A stretch of 64,000 nt of DNA from Solirubrobacterales bacterium (GTDB lineage Bacteria; Actinomycetota; Thermoleophilia; Solirubrobacterales; 70-9), in assembly GCA_040900615.1 (NCBI GenBank), contig JBBDYP010000080.1:20090-84089 (forward strand), given 5' to 3'. The translations under genes and the position numbers were made by a program. The notes under the pieces were generated by a model, which saw only the letters and a program-made list of their open reading frames with translations, was not told the DNA's origin and searched no databases. This document shows positions 60,601-64,000 of this stretch, one piece after another (position 1 is the stretch's first letter; each line of letters begins with the position of its first letter).

Positions 60601-62351
60601 AGCACCGCACCGAGGCCGGCCGCGCCGGCGACCGCGACGCCCTCCAGCAGCTGCTGCGCAACATCGGCGACCTCACCGCCGCCGAGTGCGACGAGCGGGT
60701 CGCCGAGGGCTACTCAGCCGCCTCGATGCTGGGGAAGCTCGTCGCCGAGCGCCGTGTCGCCCTGGTCCGGGTCAACGGCGAGGAGCGCTACATCGCCGCC
60801 GAGGACGCCGGCCTCTACCGCGACGCCCTCGGGGTCCCGCCCCCGGCGGGCCTGCCCGAGACCTTCCTCGAGGAGCACCCGGACGCGATGCGGGCCCTGG
60901 TCCGCCGCTTCGCCCGCACCCACGGTCCCTTCCCGACCGCCCGCCTCGCCGAGCGCTACGGCGTCGACCCCTCACCCGCCCTGCGCGAGCTGGAGAGCGA
61001 AGGGGCGATGGTCCGCGGTGAGCTGCTGCCGGGGGGCACCGAGCGCGAGTGGTGTGACTCCGAAGTCCTGCGGCGGGTCCGTCGCGCCAGTCTCGCCCGC
61101 CTGCGCAAGGAGGTCGAGGCCGCCGACCGCAGCGAGCTGGCCCGCTTCCTGCCGAGCTGGCAGAACGTCGACGCCTACCGCCCCGCCGGCGCCGGTCCCG
61201 ACCGCCTGCGCGAGGCGCTGGTGCCGCTGCAGGGGGTGGCGCTGACCCCGAAGGTCTGGGAGCGCGACGTGCTGCCGCGCCGCCTCGGCGCCTACTCGCC
61301 GACCTGGCTCGACGAGCTCTGCACCAGCGGCGAGCTGGTCTGGGTCGGCGCCGGCGCCCTCGGCCGGTCCGACGGCCGCGTCGCCCTCTACTTCCGCGAA
61401 GACGTCCGCCTCGCCGGCCCGCCGCCGGCCAACGCCAAGCTGGAGCCGGCGCAGGGAGAGGTCCACGACGCGATCCGCGGGCGGCTCGACGCCGGCCCCT
61501 CCTTCTGGCTCGACCTCCTCGCCGACCTCGACCACCCCGCCGAGGAGCTGCACAACGCCCTCTGGGACCTCGCCTGGACGGGAGAGGTCACCAACGACGC
61601 CTTCTCGCCGCTGCGGGCGCCGCGCCTGCGGGCGGTGGCGCCGAGCGAGCGCCAGGGCCGCCGCTTCGCCCGCCGCCGCTCGACCACGGGCGCCGCCGTG
61701 CAGGGCCGCTGGTCCCTGACCGCGCCGATCTTCGCCGGCGCCCCCGGGCCCGGCGCCCGCCTCCGCGCCCAGGCCGAGCTGATGATGGAGCGCTACGGAA
61801 TCGTCACCCGCGAGACCGTCCTCGCCGAGGGCGTCCCCGGCGGCTTCGCCACCCTCTACGCCGAGCTCGGCAACCTGGAGCTGCTCGGCACCGCCCGCCG
61901 CGGCTACTTCGTCGAGGGCCTCGGCGGCGCCCAGTTCGCCCTCCCCGGCGCGGTCGAGCGGCTGCGCTCGCTGCCCGAAGCCAATGGCTCCCACCTCGTC
62001 CTCGCCGCCACCGACCCGGCCAACCCCTACGGCGCCTCGCTGCCCTGGCCGAAGCTGGAGGGCGGCCGGCGCCCGGGCCGCACCCCCGGCGCCCACCTCC
62101 TCCTGCGCGACGGTGTGCCAGTCGTCTTCGTCGAGCGCGGCGGCCGCGGCATCCTGCGGCTGGCGCCGATTGCGGGGGCCGAGCTGGAGGAGGCGATGCG
62201 GGCGCTGGCCGGCGGTGTGTCGGCCGGCCACCTGCCGAAGCTGGCGATCGAGAAGCTCGACGGCGAGCCGGTGATCGGCTCCGGTCACGAGGAGGCGCTG
62301 ATCGGCGCCGGCTTCAGCCGCGGACCGCGGAAACTGACCGCGTCCGCCTAG
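57684..62351 (+). CDS. lhr: ATP-dependent DNA helicase Lhr (large helicase-related, SF2)
   Basis: 1555 aa. APTGSGKTL (motif I), VIVDEIHAV (motif II), GLSATQRP, ARAHHGSLSHEER and ATSSLELGIDMG, plus the long Lhr-type C-terminal region. Confidence 0.92.
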   Translation: MIGSPSPPTPLRKIGGLATNAKSSTKSDPLAPFSAPVRRWFEASFEGPTPAQAGGWAAISGGANALICAPTGSGKTLASFLWGIDKLARSAELGTGVRLVYVSPLKALSYDIERNLRAPLRGIGADISVGLRTGDTSQAERRAMRKTPPDILITTPESLYLMLSSGVREILATTEAVIVDEIHAVAQSKRGSHLALTLERLDHLAKTSRPAGPVTGDGGALRAGSFSTPPSPAPPAGGADSPEIQRIGLSATQRPLERIARFLVGPKRECRIVDAGHRKALDLEIVVPVEDMADPGAPAYPSEDGLPPTEVEPSAHIRSIWPAIYPKLLELVQEHTSTIIFVNNRRASERLAKRLNELANGEGESELPATEHAGHASGGSDEGPRTNTSPAGSSSDPSDGRFVEIARAHHGSLSHEERTLVEEMLKSGELPCLVATSSLELGIDMGAVDLVIQVESPKSVTRGLQRIGRAGHGLGEVSKGRIFPKYRGDLLECAVVARRMREGEIEETVIPQNPLDVLAQHLVSMAALDEWEVDEVERLVTATEPFHDLSREQLENVLDMLDGRYPSDRFAELRPRIVWDRIGGTIHGRKGSRQLVVTNAGTIPDRGLYGVHLPDGRRVGELDEEMVYEARPGQTFLLGATTWRIEEITRDRVIVTPAPGAPGAVPFWKGDGIGRPAELGRAIGAFAREAVSREPAELAAEYDLDPRAANNLVTYLREQQAATRVVPSDQTIVVERFRDEIGDWRLCVLSPFGGRVHSAWGLALAAKIRAEHDLEADAIWSDDGIVIHLPDADEPPAAEMVLIEPDEIEDLIVSELSGSALFGARFRENASRSLLIPRAYPGKRTPLWQQRLKSQSLLEVARDFPRFPVILETYRECLQDVLDLPSLADLLRKLHARQISLVEVETPTASPFASSLLFDYVATYMYEGDTPNAERRAAALALDRDLLRELLGQEELRELIDPEALEEVEEQLQHRTEAGRAGDRDALQQLLRNIGDLTAAECDERVAEGYSAASMLGKLVAERRVALVRVNGEERYIAAEDAGLYRDALGVPPPAGLPETFLEEHPDAMRALVRRFARTHGPFPTARLAERYGVDPSPALRELESEGAMVRGELLPGGTEREWCDSEVLRRVRRASLARLRKEVEAADRSELARFLPSWQNVDAYRPAGAGPDRLREALVPLQGVALTPKVWERDVLPRRLGAYSPTWLDELCTSGELVWVGAGALGRSDGRVALYFREDVRLAGPPPANAKLEPAQGEVHDAIRGRLDAGPSFWLDLLADLDHPAEELHNALWDLAWTGEVTNDAFSPLRAPRLRAVAPSERQGRRFARRRSTTGAAVQGRWSLTAPIFAGAPGPGARLRAQAELMMERYGIVTRETVLAEGVPGGFATLYAELGNLELLGTARRGYFVEGLGGAQFALPGAVERLRSLPEANGSHLVLAATDPANPYGASLPWPKLEGGRRPGRTPGAHLLLRDGVPVVFVERGGRGILRLAPIAGAELEEAMRALAGGVSAGHLPKLAIEKLDGEPVIGSGHEEALIGAGFSRGPRKLTASA
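58327..58380. repeat. 15-bp perfect inverted repeat (CGGGTGATGGGGGGG / CCCCCCCATCACCCG) inside an lhr-specific insertion
   Basis: Arms at 58327-58341 and 58366-58380 are exact reverse complements with a 24-nt loop. Confidence 0.65.
58815..58876. repeat. about 20-bp inverted repeat (core AGGATCGGATGAGG / CCTCATCCGATCCT) inside the second low-complexity lhr segment
   Basis: The core arms 58817-58830 and 58861-58874 are exact reverse complements. The stem is extendable with two G-U pairs. Confidence 0.6.
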
Positions 62352-62435
62352 CGTCCTGAGTCGGTGATCCGCCGTCATCCCGGCCCCGTGGCGCCGATCC
62401 GGCTGCGGCACGCGGCCCGAGGGGGCTGCTCGGCG

Positions 62436-62483
62436 ACGCTTCCGAGATTGACCACACTGGGGTGGGGTCAATGTCGGAAGCGT
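62436..62483. promoter_or_regulatory. 18-bp inverted repeat ACGCTTCCGAGATTGACC-N12-GGTCAATGTCGGAAGCGT (one mismatch), 85 nt downstream of lhr
   Basis: Read directly. It could be the lhr terminator or a protein-binding palindrome (half-site ATTGACC). Confidence 0.45.
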
Positions 62484-62662
62484 GCGCCAGTGACCGGCTC
62501 CGAGCTGGCTCTTGAGCGCTCGGGGGCCTGCCTGGGCGAACCGGATGCTCATGACCCTCATGAGCCGCTCCATATCAGTGGTTTTCGGCCCGTTGACCGA
62601 ACAGCCATCCCCCGGACTCGTCTATCGGGCGTTATGCCTGCGAACTGACGACTCGGATCACT

Positions 62663-62824
62663 AGCTTTGTGGCGCGTACCGGGCCAGCTCCATCCGGAGG
62701 CCGGGATCGCGGCCTCGGCGGTCCCGCGAGCCCGGCGGGGCGCCTTTGTCAACCATGGGTTTGCAAAGTCGCCCCGGCTGGCCGACAACCGCCTTGGAGC
62801 TGACCCGGTACGCGCCAGCTTTGT
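62663..62824. mobile_element. MITE-like element: 146-bp body (62671-62816) with 20-bp terminal inverted repeats (19/20) flanked by the 8-bp direct repeat AGCTTTGT
   Basis: TIR-L is GGCGCGTACCGGGCCAGCTC (62671-62690) and TIR-R is GAGCTGACCCGGTACGCGCC (62797-62816). AGCTTTGT occurs at 62663-62670 and 62817-62824, immediately adjacent to the TIRs. There is no ORF inside. Confidence 0.6.
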
Positions 62825-63069
62825 ACGTAATTCCCGTACACGGATGTACGGTGAATCCGCCGATCGGGCAGCGTGGTCGCGGACGAGCACCGGATCGCCC
62901 GTTCGACCCTTCAGCAGGCACTGGACGGTTGCTCACCGATCAGCAGCATGTCCGCCGCGACGCGGAGGGCAGGCCCTACCTTCTCGATCCCCTCCTGGGA
63001 GAGTGGCTGAGGCGACGGTGATTCCCCCTTGTGTCCGCTCTCGTCCGGCCCGTTGCCATAATCGCCTTA

Positions 63070-63762
63070 GTGTCTGACAGGGAGCAGAGCGCGGTCGAGC
63101 TGCTGAGGAGCGTGGCGCTCTTCGCCGATCTCGAGCAGGGCGCGCTGGAGCGCTTCTCCCAAGTCGCCGTGCCGCGGACGTTTCCGGCCGGCACCCGGGT
63201 CTTCCACGAGGGCGACAACTCGGACGCCTGCTACATCGTCAAGGAGGGCAGCTTCCGGGTCACCCGCGAGCACACCGACGGGCGCGCGATCACCCTCGCC
63301 ACGCTCGGCCCCGGGGAGATCTTCGGCGAGCTGGCGATGCTCGACGGCGACAAGCGCTCGGCCAGCGCCGAGGCGCTCACCGACGGCGAGCTGTTGGCGC
63401 TGCCGGCCGGCGACGTGCGCTCGCTGCTCGCCCGCCATCCGGAGATCGCGCTGAAGCTGGTCGCCGGCCTGGTGCGGCGGCTGCGCGCCGCCAACGTGCG
63501 GCTCTCGCGCCAGTCCTTCCAGACCGTGCCCAGCCGGGTCGCCGGGATCCTCTCCCAGCTCAGCCGGGAGGCCCAGGACGGGGGCGAGCCCGGCGAGGTG
63601 ACGATCCGCATGAACCAGACCGACCTGGCCCAGCTGGCGGGCACCTCGCGGGAGAGCGTCAGCCGCTTCCTGGCCGAGCTCGAGCGCGCCGGCGTCGTCC
63701 GCTCGGGCCGCGGCCGCGTCACCGTGTTGGACCCCTCGAAGCTGCGGAACTACATCTATTAG
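63070..63762 (+). CDS. Crp/Fnr family transcriptional regulator
   Basis: cNMP-binding domain ([11 protein letters not shown]..., [18 protein letters not shown]) and C-terminal HTH ([25 protein letters not shown]). The GTG at 63070 is preferred; the ORF is open from 63031. Confidence 0.85.
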   Translation: MSDREQSAVELLRSVALFADLEQGALERFSQVAVPRTFPAGTRVFHEGDNSDACYIVKEGSFRVTREHTDGRAITLATLGPGEIFGELAMLDGDKRSASAEALTDGELLALPAGDVRSLLARHPEIALKLVAGLVRRLRAANVRLSRQSFQTVPSRVAGILSQLSREAQDGGEPGEVTIRMNQTDLAQLAGTSRESVSRFLAELERAGVVRSGRGRVTVLDPSKLRNYIY

Positions 63763-63766
63763 GCCG

Positions 63767-64000
63767 ATGGCCGACTTCGCCGCTCGCCGCGCGAAGATGG
63801 TCGAGCGGCAGCTGCGGGGACGTGGGATCCGGGACGAGCGGGTGCTGGTGGCGATGGCCACGGTGCCGAGGGAGACGTTCGTACCCAGCCGCGAACGCCA
63901 CCGCGCCTACGCCGACTCGGCGCTGCCGATCGGCGAGGCGCAGACGATCTCTCAGCCCTGGATCGTCGCCGCGATCTGCCAGGCGCTGGAGCTGAACGGC
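63767..64000 (+). CDS. pcm: protein-L-isoaspartate O-methyltransferase, N-terminal part (runs off the window)
   Basis: The ATG at 63767 opens a frame that runs to the window end. VPRETFVP and [13 protein letters not shown] motifs. Confidence 0.8.
   Translation, partial: MADFAARRAKMVERQLRGRGIRDERVLVAMATVPRETFVPSRERHRAYADSALPIGEAQTISQPWIVAAICQALELNG

Noticed and set aside
58976-61021. 681-aa ORF inside lhr, and the antisense 580-aa ORF 58863..60605
   Set aside because: They are in the wrong frame or antisense to a gene with clear helicase motifs, and their translations are low-complexity and Arg/Pro/Gly-rich.
62364-63077. Five overlapping 90-136-aa ORFs between lhr and the Crp/Fnr gene
   Set aside because: They mutually overlap in different frames and strands. 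They have no RBS-like sequences, implausible compositions and no motifs. The region is treated as non-coding.
1-64000. CRISPR arrays, rRNA genes, transposase or integrase genes
   Set aside because: I noticed no regularly spaced direct repeats, no rRNA-like conserved blocks, and no DDE-transposase or tyrosine/serine-recombinase motif in any plausible ORF.

Overview
This is a very GC-rich segment with strong third-position G/C bias and many GTG/TTG starts. Its gene content looks actinobacterial (PafBC-type WYL regulator, Lhr helicase, WS/DGAT, PPOX/F420-type protein, delta-60 repeats). A Thermoleophilia/Solirubrobacterales-like origin is only a guess. I support about 57 protein-coding features. 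I found no rRNA, no CRISPR array, no complete tRNA and no transposase or integrase ORF. Layout: (1) 1-4.9 kb is the right end of an apparent integrated island. It carries a UvrD-like helicase tail, a PIN-domain membrane protein, an HNH-like protein and a nuclease-like 431-aa protein, and it ends at an orphan 3' half of tRNA-Phe. This is my best candidate for an undescribed defence-type module. (2) 5-24.8 kb holds housekeeping and stress genes: DHFR-like reductase, WS/DGAT, RlmA-like methyltransferase, aminotransferase, M15 peptidase, a crcB pair plus a triple-DUF190 protein, Fur-type regulator plus catalase, YhaM-like nuclease, fused PafBC, MBL hydrolase, a decayed delta-60 repeat gene, penicillin acylase, DJ-1, PPOX. 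(3) 24.8-57.6 kb is a large cell-envelope glycan locus. It contains rmlA-D-B-C, six GT2 genes and one GT4-like glycosyltransferase gene, a Wzm/Wzt ABC exporter with a Wzt C-terminal extension, and a coiled-coil methyltransferase next to a dual-GT2 enzyme (WbdD/WbdA-like logic). It also has a GtrB-like GT2, two paired SDR enzymes, four large polytopic membrane proteins, a WbaP-type initiating transferase and an O-antigen-ligase-like TPR protein. The locus is bracketed by two paralogous clan GH-A hydrolases and carries an embedded MntA/HepT toxin-antitoxin pair. (4) 57.7-62.35 kb is lhr. (5) 62.35-63.07 kb is non-coding and contains a 146-bp MITE-like element with 20-bp terminal inverted repeats and an 8-bp target-site duplication. 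It is followed by a Crp/Fnr regulator and the start of pcm. Directly visible oddities: an in-frame TAG inside rmlD; a perfect 20-bp inverted repeat that brackets the rmlB-rmlC spacer and buries the rmlC start codon; two palindromic in-frame insertions in lhr; an internally deleted and frameshifted TylF-type methyltransferase gene. All functional calls come from motif recognition by eye, and no database search was run.
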